DNA of 64,000 nucleotides from an uncultured bacterium (GCA_963713855.1 OY970209.1:1184001-1248000); one strand, 5' to 3'; counted from the stretch's first letter, positions 8,836 to 19,520 are shown. The notes: a model not told the origin generated them from the sequence alone. Translations and numbers: made by a program.

Positions 8836-9927
8836 TTACTCTGTTGTTATTTGCACAAGCTTATGCACGAACAAAGAATAATTTTTATCCCCCGTTATTT
8901 TATATTTTTCTAAACCTAGATCGATAAGTCTGCCAGCTTCTCTATAATTCACGCGAATGAATTGCGTTGACGCGTCAAGAATAAGGTATGCTTCAGAAAA
9001 TCTTCCTCCTTCAAGAGCTTCATATAAGGCCGTTACCCCATTATGATCTTGTGCATTAACAAATGATGTTTCCGAGCTATTAATGACTTTTTGGCAAAAC
9101 ATTACGATGATTTTTTCGTTTTTTATCGTCGTTTCTAAAAGTGCTATCACATGTAATAATCGCACTTTTATTTCTTCGATGTTGGCGTATTTTAGAGCAG
9201 ATTCTAGAATCAACTTAATTTCACCAAAGCCGACAGCATATGCAATTCCTCTAAGTGTATGCCCAATATCGTCAAATGTTAGTGTATTTATTTGCCTAAG
9301 AAGTTCCAGAAGTCTTTCTATGCTCTCGCGATTATGTGGCGCAATTTCGAGAATCGAGACAGTAGCCTGAGCCAACTCGTGTTCTATCGTTTGAGGCGTA
9401 ATTTGTCCCTGAAGCATTCTGCTGCATATATCAAGTATGAGGTGTCTGACTTGTGCGTTAACTGCTGGGTTATCGGCTATCATTGATGCGCGCATGACCA
9501 TTTCGCTTAGCCGAAACTCAAAACCTTGAGCAATATGAATGAGCGCATCGCGTATCTCACCGTTACTTGCACCAAGAATAGCCGATAGATGGAGTGGTGT
9601 TCTTCTTATATTGGCATCTTGAATTATGGGCACCCCACTTCTTAAAAAATAATCAACAGTGCTAGGAAGGCCTCTGTATACAGCAAAATCTAAAGGCGGA
9701 AGACCACGAGACACACCTTGCAAATGGGCACGTTCATCTATAAGAAAGCCCGCCTCTACAACATCTTCCCCTGCTATAGCCGCTAAGAGCCTGTCGTAAT
9801 TAGCCCGATGGCTAACTGGAGGGCTATCAGGTAGAGGGTCATGCAGAAAAGCCCACTCCATCGGTCGATTGTGAGAAAAAGCAAGAAGAAAAGTGATTAT
9901 AACAAAATGCATTTTAAATATGTTCAT
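8836..9927 (-). CDS. Ankyrin-repeat protein with signal peptide
   Basis: GLPPLDFAV, RRTPLHLSA, VNAQDHNGVTALYEAL. Likely start MNIFK at 9927, with signal then RP-MEW. Confidence 0.8.
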   Translation of the reverse strand: MNIFKMHFVIITFLLAFSHNRPMEWAFLHDPLPDSPPVSHRANYDRLLAAIAGEDVVEAGFLIDERAHLQGVSRGLPPLDFAVYRGLPSTVDYFLRSGVPIIQDANIRRTPLHLSAILGASNGEIRDALIHIAQGFEFRLSEMVMRASMIADNPAVNAQVRHLILDICSRMLQGQITPQTIEHELAQATVSILEIAPHNRESIERLLELLRQINTLTFDDIGHTLRGIAYAVGFGEIKLILESALKYANIEEIKVRLLHVIALLETTIKNEKIIVMFCQKVINSSETSFVNAQDHNGVTALYEALEGGRFSEAYLILDASTQFIRVNYREAGRLIDLGLEKYKITGDKNYSLFVHKLVQITTE

Positions 9928-10033
9928 AATAGAACCCTTATTGTTTATGTGATACGATGGTTGCAAGGGTTTAGTATACATTTTTTAAAGCACGATTATT
10001 AAGCAACTTAATTTTAACGCATGGAGGCGTTTA

Positions 10034-10690
10034 ATGTTCATTAATGCATCAACCACAATACGTGTGCTATCTTTTGCGATGCTTCTAGGGGCATCTTCAT
10101 GCTTTTCTATGGAAGAGGGCGAAGAATCTTCGGAAAGGCTGACTGAAACAAGTAAATTGGTATCTGAAATGCTAGCAAGCACAGCTTTGGGTCGTCTACA
10201 GACTGCTCTAGGATACAGTTCGGCTTCGCGAGATCATGTCTTTTTTAGGCCAAATGTACAAAGAGCTCAAGACATCGTTCTTGAACTATTGCAAAATAAC
10301 CCTTCCGAAGAATTACTTAATACAATACTCCCCTATTTAGCTCAAGTTGTAGAACGTTACGATGATGATATCGGTAGCATACACTGGCGGGAGTTATTCA
10401 TTGCTCTTGCTGCATCGGTTAGTTTGAGTGAAACGTCCATCGGTTTTTTGGTTGTATTGTTTATAATTAGTATATGGGTTAAACATGCAGCATTATCGCC
10501 TAATCATTTAACCAAAGGAAACCTTACATTACTTAGATCTTTAATGGTTGATATAGTGCAGTATATGAAAATTAACCAAATGGAACCAAATCGCTACGCA
10601 CTGAAAGTACTTAACCCAGAAATGGTAATTTCTAATTTGCTCAGCAGTATTAGCAACAATGCCGAAGACAAGGGTGAAAAAAAAGAATAA
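10034..10690 (+). CDS. Exported hypothetical protein with internal hydrophobic segment
   Basis: RBS ggagg. Signal ending CFS-MEE. Confidence 0.7.
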   Translation: MFINASTTIRVLSFAMLLGASSCFSMEEGEESSERLTETSKLVSEMLASTALGRLQTALGYSSASRDHVFFRPNVQRAQDIVLELLQNNPSEELLNTILPYLAQVVERYDDDIGSIHWRELFIALAASVSLSETSIGFLVVLFIISIWVKHAALSPNHLTKGNLTLLRSLMVDIVQYMKINQMEPNRYALKVLNPEMVISNLLSSISNNAEDKGEKKE

Positions 10691-10703
10691 GGCCCTTTTA
10701 GCC

Positions 10704-11657
10704 ATGGTTTTTAAAAGGACCCATCATAGTGCAATGCTTCTTATCTTAATAGTAGTTTTGGCCTATTTTATAAAAAAGGTGAATGCAACAAAAGGTATGC
10801 TTTTTATCCCTGGTGGCACTTTCCTCATGGGATGCGGTGAGCAATCAATGATTGATGCTCAACCTTTTCATGAAGTAACGGTCGATAGCTTTTGGATAGA
10901 TGCTACAGAGGTAACTAACGAGCAGTTTGAGCGCTTTGTACGTGCAACTCATTATATAACTGAAGCGGAGCGCTCGGCGCCAGTACCTGGCTCTTTGGTT
11001 TTTGTGCCGACCGCTCATCCCGTCTCCTTTAACAATTGCTGCGCCTGGTGGAAGTATGTACCGGGCGCTTCATGGCGACACCCAGAAGGACCAAGTAGCA
11101 GTATTAAGGGGCGTGAAAAGCACCCCGTAGTACACGTTACATGGAATGACGCTGCTGCGTATGCTTCTTGGGCCGGTAAGCGTTTACCTACTGAAGCAGA
11201 ATTTGAATACGCGGCCCGGGGGGGGCTTAACAAAAAACGCTATAGTTGTGGAAATGGCCCTGTTGCTACGAACGGTAAATGGCTTTTTAATATTTGGCAG
11301 GGGATCTTTCCCTGCACAAATACTCTTGAAGACGGCTTTTACGCTACAGCTCCTGTTGGCTCTTTTCCAGCCAATGGCTTCGGCCTTTACGATATGACGG
11401 GAAATGTGTGGGAATGGTGTCAAGATTGGTACCACGCTCGGTATTATAAAATGCATAGCGAAAAGCGTAATCCTAAAGGTCCCGAACAAAGCTTTGATCC
11501 AGAAGAGCCTAACTGCCCTAAAAAAGTGCAGAGGGGTGGTTCGTTTTTATGCAACGAGGTGTATTGCATACGCTATCTTGTTGGTGCTCGTGGCAAGGCA
11601 GACCCCAATACGAGTACCGTTCATTGCGGGTTTCGGTGTGCTAAATCTTTTTCTTAA
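10704..11657 (+). CDS. Formylglycine-generating enzyme (SUMF1/FGE-sulfatase family)
   Basis: IPGGTFLMG, TEVTN, HPVVHVTWNDA, KRLPTEAEFEYAARGG, NGFGLYDMTGNVWEWC, RGGSFLCxxxYCxRY, GFRC. Start uncertain (10659, 10704 or 10734). Confidence 0.92.
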   Translation: MVFKRTHHSAMLLILIVVLAYFIKKVNATKGMLFIPGGTFLMGCGEQSMIDAQPFHEVTVDSFWIDATEVTNEQFERFVRATHYITEAERSAPVPGSLVFVPTAHPVSFNNCCAWWKYVPGASWRHPEGPSSSIKGREKHPVVHVTWNDAAAYASWAGKRLPTEAEFEYAARGGLNKKRYSCGNGPVATNGKWLFNIWQGIFPCTNTLEDGFYATAPVGSFPANGFGLYDMTGNVWEWCQDWYHARYYKMHSEKRNPKGPEQSFDPEEPNCPKKVQRGGSFLCNEVYCIRYLVGARGKADPNTSTVHCGFRCAKSFS

Positions 11658-11710
11658 ATTTTCACCGCGCGACTTATTATACTAAACATGTCTTTAGTAA
11701 AGGAGCCGCG

Positions 11711-13336
11711 TTGATGAAGTGCCAGTTAGCCCTTATATTTCTTATTTGTATTGCAGAAAGCACCTTAAAGCCTCAGCATAAGTCGACATTTGAAAGTGAC
11801 TTACAAACGCAACCAATTAACGAAGACCCCATTGTTGCAAAGACGGTCCAATTTTCTGAAAACCGAGAACCAGCCATCGTTCACGATGCCCAAAACGCAA
11901 AAGCTCAAGCAAAGCTTGATTCTTTACGAAAAAAAACTGGTAAAAAGCCTAATATCCTTATTTTTCTTATGGACGATGTTGGCTGGGGAGATCTTGGTGC
12001 TTTTGGTGGAGGCATTGCCGTCGGTTCACCGACACCTACCATGGACCGTCTTGCGCGTGAGGGATTAAAGCTTACATCAACCTACTCACAGCCCACATGT
12101 ACTCCTTCTCGTGCAACAATTATGACTGGAAGACTTCCAATGCGGACAGGGCTTTTACGCCCTCCCATGTACAGCGAAAAAGGGGGGCTTGAAGGTGAAA
12201 TTACAACCGCTCAGCTTTTACAAAAAGCTGGGTATGTTACCCAAGCTGTCGGAAAGTGGCACATGGGGGAAAATGAAGCATCGCAGCCTCAAAATGTTGG
12301 ATTTGACGACTTTTTTGGTTTTCTTGGCGTATCTGACATGTATACAGAATGGAGAGACCCGTACTTTTACCCTGAAATTGTAAACAGTAAAGAACGTACA
12401 GCCATGGTAGAAAAGGCCGACTTTAATAAATATCTTGTTCATGGGCGAAAGAACAGTAAGCTCGAAAATATCAAAGAGATTACCATACCCATCTTATCTG
12501 AGCTTGATGAAATGTGGGCGGACTATTCTGTACGTTTTATTAAAGAAATGGCTAAAAGTGAAAAACCGTTTTTCTTATACCACTGTACACGAGCTGGCCA
12601 CTTTGACAATTACCCAAATGCTCGATGGAAAGGTCGTTCTCCGGCAAAGCACCCCTACAAAGATTGCTTCGTTGAGGTAGATGATATTTTAAGACGAATT
12701 ATTCAGACGTTAAAAGAAACAGGACAGCTTGAAAACACCTTTATATTCGTCACATCTGACAACGGTCCAGAGATGGAGCTTTGGCCGGATAGCGGATATA
12801 CGCCTTTTAGAAGCGCAAAAGGTGCTACGTGGGAAGGGGGGCAGCGCGTGCCGGGCATTGCTTATTGGAAAGACATGATTACTGAAGGCCGAGAATCGGA
12901 TGGTGTTTTTGATCAAGCCGATCTTTTTGCCACAATCCTTACACTGTGCAACGCAAAGGACCTAATACCACGTGATCGCTATATTGATAGCATAGATCAG
13001 ACCTCTTTCCTTCTTGCAGATAACGGATTCTCAAACAGAAAGTTTGTTTACTATTGGCTACAGGACGACTTTTCCGCGGTGCGCTGTGGTGAATTTAAAT
13101 ACTATCGCTCCGCAACCACACCAGATTATCGCGATACTCACAATGTTGGAGGTCTTTCAGGAGCGCATACAAAATATAATTATGGAAAGTTTTTTAACCT
13201 CTACTTAGATCCAAAAGAAGAGCATAGCTATCTTATACGAAAGCTCGTTTATTCAGATATTTTCTTCTCAGCTATGGATAAGCACAAAGAAACATTCGTG
13301 AAATATCCTCCCAAAAAACTCGTAAGCATTCCATAA
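11711..13336 (+). CDS. Arylsulfatase (Cys-type, AslA-like), exported
   Basis: KPNILIFLMDDVGWGD, CTPSR (CxPxR) signature, GKWHMG, SDNGP, K-G-x-T-WEGG-x-RVP. Adjacent to the FGE gene. Confidence 0.93.
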   Translation: MMKCQLALIFLICIAESTLKPQHKSTFESDLQTQPINEDPIVAKTVQFSENREPAIVHDAQNAKAQAKLDSLRKKTGKKPNILIFLMDDVGWGDLGAFGGGIAVGSPTPTMDRLAREGLKLTSTYSQPTCTPSRATIMTGRLPMRTGLLRPPMYSEKGGLEGEITTAQLLQKAGYVTQAVGKWHMGENEASQPQNVGFDDFFGFLGVSDMYTEWRDPYFYPEIVNSKERTAMVEKADFNKYLVHGRKNSKLENIKEITIPILSELDEMWADYSVRFIKEMAKSEKPFFLYHCTRAGHFDNYPNARWKGRSPAKHPYKDCFVEVDDILRRIIQTLKETGQLENTFIFVTSDNGPEMELWPDSGYTPFRSAKGATWEGGQRVPGIAYWKDMITEGRESDGVFDQADLFATILTLCNAKDLIPRDRYIDSIDQTSFLLADNGFSNRKFVYYWLQDDFSAVRCGEFKYYRSATTPDYRDTHNVGGLSGAHTKYNYGKFFNLYLDPKEEHSYLIRKLVYSDIFFSAMDKHKETFVKYPPKKLVSIP

Positions 13337-13370
13337 AATGCGCAAGCACTTTGGCAATTGTTCGAAACTA

Positions 13371-13716
13371 GGTAGATCCAAAGAGCAATCGGCGCCACGC
13401 GGCGAGCGCAAGGGCAGACGCCCTTGACCCACACCCTTATTAAACTTTTTACGTAGATTTAATATACCAGAAAGGGGTTCCCTTTCTGGTATATGTGCTA
13501 ATGAGATAGACCGGAAAATCCGGTCTATCTCATACACAATAAATATGTAACATGCAAAACAAGCAACAGGTGCAGGAACCATACCATGCCAAGTAAGGCA
13601 TGATTGGTCCGTAACAGCCCTGGCAGAGGGCGATTAGTGGAGGGTCCTGCCGCGCGCCGCGTAGGCGTATCTCTATCTCACGCTTATTTGGGCAGAACCT
13701 AATCTGAATTACTACC
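13371..13716. repeat. Multi-hairpin palindromic intergenic element between convergent genes
   Basis: Hairpins at 13409-13426, 13462-13494 (15-bp stem), 13501-13533 (15-bp stem), 13585-13602 and 13617-13631. Long-range complementarity of ~13393-13410 with ~13648-13667. Confidence 0.7.
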
Positions 13717-13758
13717 TCTTTGCAAACAAATTCATTAAGGCATTACGTCATTTTTTTC

Positions 13759-14952
13759 TTAAGTCATACCATGCGGATCTATAAGGAATTTATAAGGCGC
13801 CCCCGCATTAAATTTTTCGTAAGCTTCGGGGGCCTCATCTAAAGAGATAACTTGTACATTAAGCTCTTTTGCAATAGCACATTTATTGTGCATGATATCT
13901 TCCATAAGCTTCCTGTTATACCTCATGACAGGAGTCTGTCCCATAGTAAGCGTAATTCCTTTGTGCCAGCATGAACCAAAGTGCAGATCCAAAATGCCTT
14001 GTTTTTCTTTTTCTGTTTTGCCGCCCATATCGTGAGCCGTATAAAGACCGGGAATACCTAAAGACCCTCCAGATTTTGTAACCTGCATAGCCGCATTTAC
14101 TATGACTGAAGGCTCATTCTCATGCAATGCTGCGCCGTACCCGACTGCCTCAAAACCCACACAATCAATAAAACAATCAACTTCGGGACTGCCTATGATC
14201 TTCTTAACGTGGTCAGCAAAATCCGTAAGGTCCTTTACTTTTGACAAATCTATAGTTTCATGCCCATGTTCTCGCGCGTTTTTGAGGCGCTCTCTGTTTA
14301 CATCTCCCACTATGACAACTGCCGCTCCAAGCAGCGTGCATGAAAGTGCGCAAGAAAGCCCCACCGGTCCTGCACCGGCTATATACACTTTCGAACCAAT
14401 TTCAACATTCGCCCTAAAAGCAGCATGATAGCCCGTTGGAAAAACGTCGGTAATAAGCGCTAAATCTTTCAATTTAGACTTTGATTCTTTAAGCGGGGGT
14501 AATTTTAACAGGTTAAAATCGGCGTAAGGAATAACGACGTATTCAGCCTGTCCACCTTGCCAATTTCCCATACGTGTGTACCCATAGGCGGCACCGGGTC
14601 CTGCGGGATTAACATGTAAGCAGATATTCGTTTTTTGCTCTTTACAGTTTTTACAGCGGCCGCAAGCAACATTAAAAGGCACTGATACAATATCATCCTC
14701 TTTTATAAACTCGACATCGCGCCCACATTCAATAACTTGGCCGGTGATTTCATGCCCCAAAGTCATACCTTCAGGAAGACTGAGCCTTCCGCGATACATA
14801 TGAAGATCGCTGCCGCAGATGCCGCTTAGAATGACTTTTAAAACAACAGCATGCTCCATCTTCTTACCATCGCGTATAAGCCCAGGATATTCCTTATCGC
14901 GTACCTCGACGTGACCTGGCTTTACGAACACAAGTGATCTATTGCGCTTCAT
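13759..14952 (-). CDS. fdhA: Glutathione-independent formaldehyde dehydrogenase (Zn-dependent MDR family)
   Basis: GICGSDLH, GHE, structural Zn CGRCKNC...C, GGQAEY, DVFPTGYH, GAGPVG, GQTPVMRYN. Start MKRNR after RBS aaagga. Confidence 0.85.
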   Translation of the reverse strand: MKRNRSLVFVKPGHVEVRDKEYPGLIRDGKKMEHAVVLKVILSGICGSDLHMYRGRLSLPEGMTLGHEITGQVIECGRDVEFIKEDDIVSVPFNVACGRCKNCKEQKTNICLHVNPAGPGAAYGYTRMGNWQGGQAEYVVIPYADFNLLKLPPLKESKSKLKDLALITDVFPTGYHAAFRANVEIGSKVYIAGAGPVGLSCALSCTLLGAAVVIVGDVNRERLKNAREHGHETIDLSKVKDLTDFADHVKKIIGSPEVDCFIDCVGFEAVGYGAALHENEPSVIVNAAMQVTKSGGSLGIPGLYTAHDMGGKTEKEKQGILDLHFGSCWHKGITLTMGQTPVMRYNRKLMEDIMHNKCAIAKELNVQVISLDEAPEAYEKFNAGAPYKFLIDPHGMT

Positions 14953-15002
14953 TACTGTTCCTTTGCCGAATAAAACCAATTTAAAAAAACTAGCATGCTG
15001 GC

Positions 15003-16070
15003 TTATAACATGTAAACTTCCTTGTGCGTGTTCAATCGAACGAGGCTTTGCGTGATGGATCCTTCATCAAAGTTTGGAAGAATAAGCTCCGAGATCATTT
15101 CTTCAAAAAGCTTATCTATATCCTCACTAGACACATCAATTGGTTGATCCTGGTGCAACAAATGCTTCTCGATGAGTTCTTTGATAACGTAGTAATTCAA
15201 TTGAATCTGTACGCTCAACAGGGGGTAATTACCTTCGCGGCCGCTGAGTATGCGATAGAATTCATTAAACATCAGTTCTGACAGTCGTTCACTCAAGGCA
15301 CTTAGCTCCTCGTCATAAGATTGTCTACTAAATGCTATAAGCCTTAACAAATAACTAAAAACGTCAAATCTGCCTTGAAAAGCAGACAGTGTACAAGCTC
15401 TTTTTATATATTCAAAAAGGGAGATGACGAGTTTATGTAAAGCGATGGCTTTACCCATGCTAGCTGACGGCGTTTGATGATTATTTAGGTACCGCATACA
15501 AAGAGCTACAATACTTTTGATTGCTGAAAGATGGCCTGCTGCAGCTGCTCTTACAAGCCCTTCACCTAAAACGTGAAGTAGATGCTCTTCGTTATCATAG
15601 TTACGCAAAAAGATCAATTGCCCAGCGTTTTGAAGAAGGCTAGTTAAACCCTGGCCCGCCGACATACGAAAGACCCGTTCTAATTCCTCATTTGGTAGAT
15701 CTTTGTGACAGTCAAGCAAAGAAAGTATAGCCTTTTCTTCTTTATGCATCGCAATAAGACGTAATAGTCTATTTGGCATGATGTATGTTTTTTTAGCTTT
15801 CCTTAAAAATCTTATCCCATATTCACTGAATAGTGGAGCAAAACGGTGGTTTTCTTCTCGAGAAAAAGAGGTTGTAACACGTTCTATAAAATAACCACTG
15901 TCTACTTCATAGCCATCTTGCAAAAGCGCTTCAAGCCTTTTGGCGTTAAATGAGTCATTAAAAATAGATTCTGTATGAACGTAAATTGACTTAATATCAA
16001 TTCCAGGATATTGCATAGCACGTGCTACTGAAAAAGTAAGAAGCCCAATAAGTATAATAGGTGGTTTCAT
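15003..16070 (-). CDS. Exported divergent ankyrin-like protein
   Basis: Signal ending ARA-MQ. Degenerate ankyrin helices (FRMSAGQG, LVRAAAAGHL, CTLSAFQGRF). Confidence 0.7.
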   Translation of the reverse strand: MKPPIILIGLLTFSVARAMQYPGIDIKSIYVHTESIFNDSFNAKRLEALLQDGYEVDSGYFIERVTTSFSREENHRFAPLFSEYGIRFLRKAKKTYIMPNRLLRLIAMHKEEKAILSLLDCHKDLPNEELERVFRMSAGQGLTSLLQNAGQLIFLRNYDNEEHLLHVLGEGLVRAAAAGHLSAIKSIVALCMRYLNNHQTPSASMGKAIALHKLVISLFEYIKRACTLSAFQGRFDVFSYLLRLIAFSRQSYDEELSALSERLSELMFNEFYRILSGREGNYPLLSVQIQLNYYVIKELIEKHLLHQDQPIDVSSEDIDKLFEEMISELILPNFDEGSITQSLVRLNTHKEVYML

Positions 16071-16293
16071 AGTTGTCTTGCCTTGAAGTAGAATTATACC
16101 AGCTCGTTAAATATTTATTAATGTGAAAAAAATGAATGATAATGCTTATATTGTAGAGTATTTTTCTGATCAATGCTAATTCAAAATGGTCAATCATAGT
16201 GAAAAAAACCACTCACGCTACCCGATGTTCTATTTTTTTGCGCTTGGCCACAAGATCTGCTACTGTATACAAAAGTTTCTCAAGGAGCCTTGT

Positions 16294-17601
16294 ATGCAAA
16301 AAGTCATCTATGTAACTTTTTTAGTCAGTGCTATCGCTGCTTACGCTGTTGACGGCGAGCTTGACCCAAGTTTTGGCGATCAGGGTATAGTAACCGAAAC
16401 GTTTAACGATTTTAATAATAAAGTGCGTGGAATCGTCAGCGCTGCAACAGGAACTTTGTGTGCTCTTGGAGGTACTGTGCAGGACTCTGTTCCCGTCATG
16501 ACCATCGCATGCTATCAACAAAACGGAATGCCCGATACGACCTTTAACTCGCAAGGCTTTCTCATGACCACCTGTAGCGCTGCTGCATGCGACGGATACG
16601 GCATGACTCTTGATAATGAGCAAAAAATAATAGGTGTTGGTTCTGCCCAAACGCACGATGGCGCTAGCTCTTTTGCAGTCGTGCGTGTTTTGAACAACGG
16701 TACTCTTGATGCCACCTTTAACAAAAGCGGAAGCGTCATTACTCATTTTAATGGCGCTCAGGAAGTTGCGCATAAAGTTGCATCCGCGAATAATCGAATC
16801 TATGTAGCGGGAATAAGTGACGGTTCGCTAGCTATTGCCTGTTACACGTTAGACGGTGCATTAGATACCTCATTTTGCGGTCAGGGTACCATTCTCCAGC
16901 ATTTTTCTTACGAAGTCCATTCAGTAAGCGGCATAATTGTCCAAGCAGATGGTAAAATCGTTGTGGGAGGCACGTTCACCAATCCCGAAAAATTCTTTAT
17001 CATTCGATATACTCAAGAAGGGGCGATTGATACTTCTTTTAATAAGTCTAATGTCCCTGGTATTTTAATAAGCTCTTTTGGGGGCTCAAGCGATTCGATG
17101 GGCGCACTCATTATGCAGCAGGACCTAAAATACATCGTTGGTGGAAGCACGAATGCACAAAGTCAGAGCGCGTCTTTAGCCGTAGCGCGCTTTCTTAATA
17201 ATGGTTCTCTCGATACCTCTTTTAACTGCCACGGCCCAAACCCCGGTATTACCGTCACCCCCATTAACCACGCGGCAGGGCAAGTAAAAGCGCTAACGTT
17301 GGAAATTGACGGCAAAATCGTTGCAGCGGGCGTCGTCCTTCAAACTCACGAGATTGTAAGCGCCATCGCGCGCTATGAAAGCACCGGAGAGCTTGATACC
17401 TCTTTTAACGCTGGTAGTCAATTTCCCGGTATCTTTTTGCTTGAAAATTCGCAGCATTCTAAAACGCCTTTTTCCTCCACAGAAGCAGCGGCTCTTACTC
17501 TGCAGGAAGGTCAGAAAATCGTCGTTGCGGGAGATGCCACGCTCAACGAAGCTACAGCTTTCATGCTACTAAGGCTCCAGACTAATGGAACAAACACTTA
17601 A
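16294..17601 (+). CDS. Delta-60 repeat (DUF5122-type) beta-propeller protein
   Basis: Repeats of Q.DGKIVV.G...RY..dG.LDTSF. Start MQKVIY after RBS aaggag, with signal peptide. Confidence 0.85.
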   Translation: MQKVIYVTFLVSAIAAYAVDGELDPSFGDQGIVTETFNDFNNKVRGIVSAATGTLCALGGTVQDSVPVMTIACYQQNGMPDTTFNSQGFLMTTCSAAACDGYGMTLDNEQKIIGVGSAQTHDGASSFAVVRVLNNGTLDATFNKSGSVITHFNGAQEVAHKVASANNRIYVAGISDGSLAIACYTLDGALDTSFCGQGTILQHFSYEVHSVSGIIVQADGKIVVGGTFTNPEKFFIIRYTQEGAIDTSFNKSNVPGILISSFGGSSDSMGALIMQQDLKYIVGGSTNAQSQSASLAVARFLNNGSLDTSFNCHGPNPGITVTPINHAAGQVKALTLEIDGKIVAAGVVLQTHEIVSAIARYESTGELDTSFNAGSQFPGIFLLENSQHSKTPFSSTEAAALTLQEGQKIVVAGDATLNEATAFMLLRLQTNGTNT

Positions 17602-19304
17602 TGTTTTGAGCGACGACTGTTACAAGGCTTTGTCTTTAACTCGGCTACAAAAGTGCACTGGTGAGCGTCTACAACCTTAAGAGCATACTTTTTCCCTTTT
17701 GACGAACAGACCCGCCGCTCAACGCTTCTTGTGGATATCGTCATCGGTTTTGGTGCATCAGACCAAGAAAGCTTAAAAGGCGGCGTTCCGCCCTTTATTG
17801 TTGCGTACAGCGTTGTACATTCTTTCGAATGCGCACACTCTTTCTGACTCAACTGTACTTTGGGCGAAGGATGTACCTTGACCGAAATTGGCGCAGAGGT
17901 TGCACTGCACTTGTTCTGAAAATGCCCAGTTGCTTTATACGACGCAGTCGATTGGGGGCGAAAGGTATACTTGTAGGGTGAAGTAGCCTTATGGCCTACA
18001 TGCCCGTTTGAAAAATGGATAGCAGTAGGATTTTCGGTAAATGTGGCTGTCAATGTTACAGGCTCTCCAGCACAGACTCGATTTTTATTAGCAATTAGAC
18101 GCATTTGGCGATTTTGAACACGTACCGTGACGGGAAGAGACTCGACAGTTTTACCTGAAACATCACTTATACGTGCGGTATAGGTCGTTGTACGCCCTGG
18201 TTGTATAGTTCGGTACACAACTGATTCCGTAATTTTCTGAAAAGCATTACTATCCAACCATCGAATAGTAAATGGTGGTTGTCCTGAGAGTGTAAGGAGT
18301 AATGTTGTTTTTTCACCAGCGCAAAGCAGGGTTTTAGCAGTTTCAAGCTTTACAGAAGGCAATTTTTGAGGTTCTTCGTTATCTTGCACTATGTTCGTGC
18401 TAGTATCTTCTAAGGCTTCACAGCTTGACGCGCGTATAGCATAGCCTTTATTTGCAAGATTGAGCGTGTTCGTGCTATCAGTGCCTATATAATTATGTTG
18501 AATAACGGTGCTCGAGACCTGTCGGCCCAGAAAAATGCCGTCTGCGGCATTTCCTGAAATGATATTGCTGCTCACGTGTGTACCAGCAGTCTCATGGTGA
18601 GATATAGAAAATTTGTTAATTTGTACTCCGGCATGCCCATTCGGCAGCATTTTATTACCCGTAACATTTACGCCCACATAGTTACCTTTAATTATCGTGC
18701 CATTTGAGGCAGTTAAAAGATCATTGGCGATATTAATGCCCGCTCTACCGTTTCCCGAAATCACATTTCGCTCGTTTTGAGAGTCCCCACCTATGACGTT
18801 TTTAGACGATCCGATGATCGTAATACCGTGATGAGCATTAGGTGCCGCATGCATACCCAAAGCATTTGTGCCAATAAAGCAGCCAACGATACTATTGTTG
18901 TCTGAGCCACCTTTTAACTCGATTCCCGAACGTGAAAAATTGTTAATAACAAGTGATTTAATGGTGCACTTGCTTGCGCCATGGAGCATAAGACCGCTTG
19001 TATACCCAGCTTTTGAACCATCAAGAACAATAAGCGGTGAGTTAGAAAAGCCTGTTTGGGTGCTTCCATCAATCGCTAGGTGGGACGTTTTGATTGTTGG
19101 TAAAGCCGAAAGCAAGAATATTGTCTGAGCACCAATGCCAATATCAAAAACGATTGTATCGCTTCCCACGCCCGCATTTACTTGTTCAATAGCCTCTCGA
19201 AGCGATCCAGCACCGCAATCTTCAGTTGTCGTTACCCTAAAAGTTTTGCCATGCAATGACGCCATAGAAAAAAATAACACTACGCTATATCCCAGTTGCT
19301 TCAT
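17598..19304 (-). CDS. Exported right-handed beta-helix protein with C-terminal Ig-like repeats
   Basis: N-terminal VTTTEDCGAGSLREAI, GCFIGT/NVISGN beta-helix repeats, then G.PPF...WSD Ig-like units. Paralog of 28541..30928. Confidence 0.8.
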   Translation of the reverse strand: MKQLGYSVVLFFSMASLHGKTFRVTTTEDCGAGSLREAIEQVNAGVGSDTIVFDIGIGAQTIFLLSALPTIKTSHLAIDGSTQTGFSNSPLIVLDGSKAGYTSGLMLHGASKCTIKSLVINNFSRSGIELKGGSDNNSIVGCFIGTNALGMHAAPNAHHGITIIGSSKNVIGGDSQNERNVISGNGRAGINIANDLLTASNGTIIKGNYVGVNVTGNKMLPNGHAGVQINKFSISHHETAGTHVSSNIISGNAADGIFLGRQVSSTVIQHNYIGTDSTNTLNLANKGYAIRASSCEALEDTSTNIVQDNEEPQKLPSVKLETAKTLLCAGEKTTLLLTLSGQPPFTIRWLDSNAFQKITESVVYRTIQPGRTTTYTARISDVSGKTVESLPVTVRVQNRQMRLIANKNRVCAGEPVTLTATFTENPTAIHFSNGHVGHKATSPYKYTFRPQSTASYKATGHFQNKCSATSAPISVKVHPSPKVQLSQKECAHSKECTTLYATIKGGTPPFKLSWSDAPKPMTISTRSVERRVCSSKGKKYALKVVDAHQCTFVAELKTKPCNSRRSKH

Positions 19305-19478
19305 GGTCACTCCTTGCCATACCTTTTACTACAAGCAGGATATGAAAGGATTACATAGAGTTACAAGAGCACGCATGTACGCCGTGAGTAAGTGTCAATT
19401 GATATTAAAGGTTTTTTAGATAAAAGCCTTGATTTACCGGAAAATGAAGGTGAAATATCAAGTGAGCTTATAATTAAA

Positions 19479-19509
19479 GCACCTAGAGCACGAGTTGTGC
19501 TCTAGGTGC
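19479..19509 (-). terminator. Intrinsic terminator of 19521..20252
   Basis: 13-bp perfect stem gcacctagagcac/gtgctctaggtgc just past the stop codon. Confidence 0.7.
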
Positions 19510-19520
19510 CAAATATATAT

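Noticed and set aside
13572..13650. Twister or hammerhead ribozyme (ggtcc...agtggaggg)
   Set aside because: The conserved cores (CUGAnGA/GAAA; twister UAA and the P2 partner) were not found on either strand.
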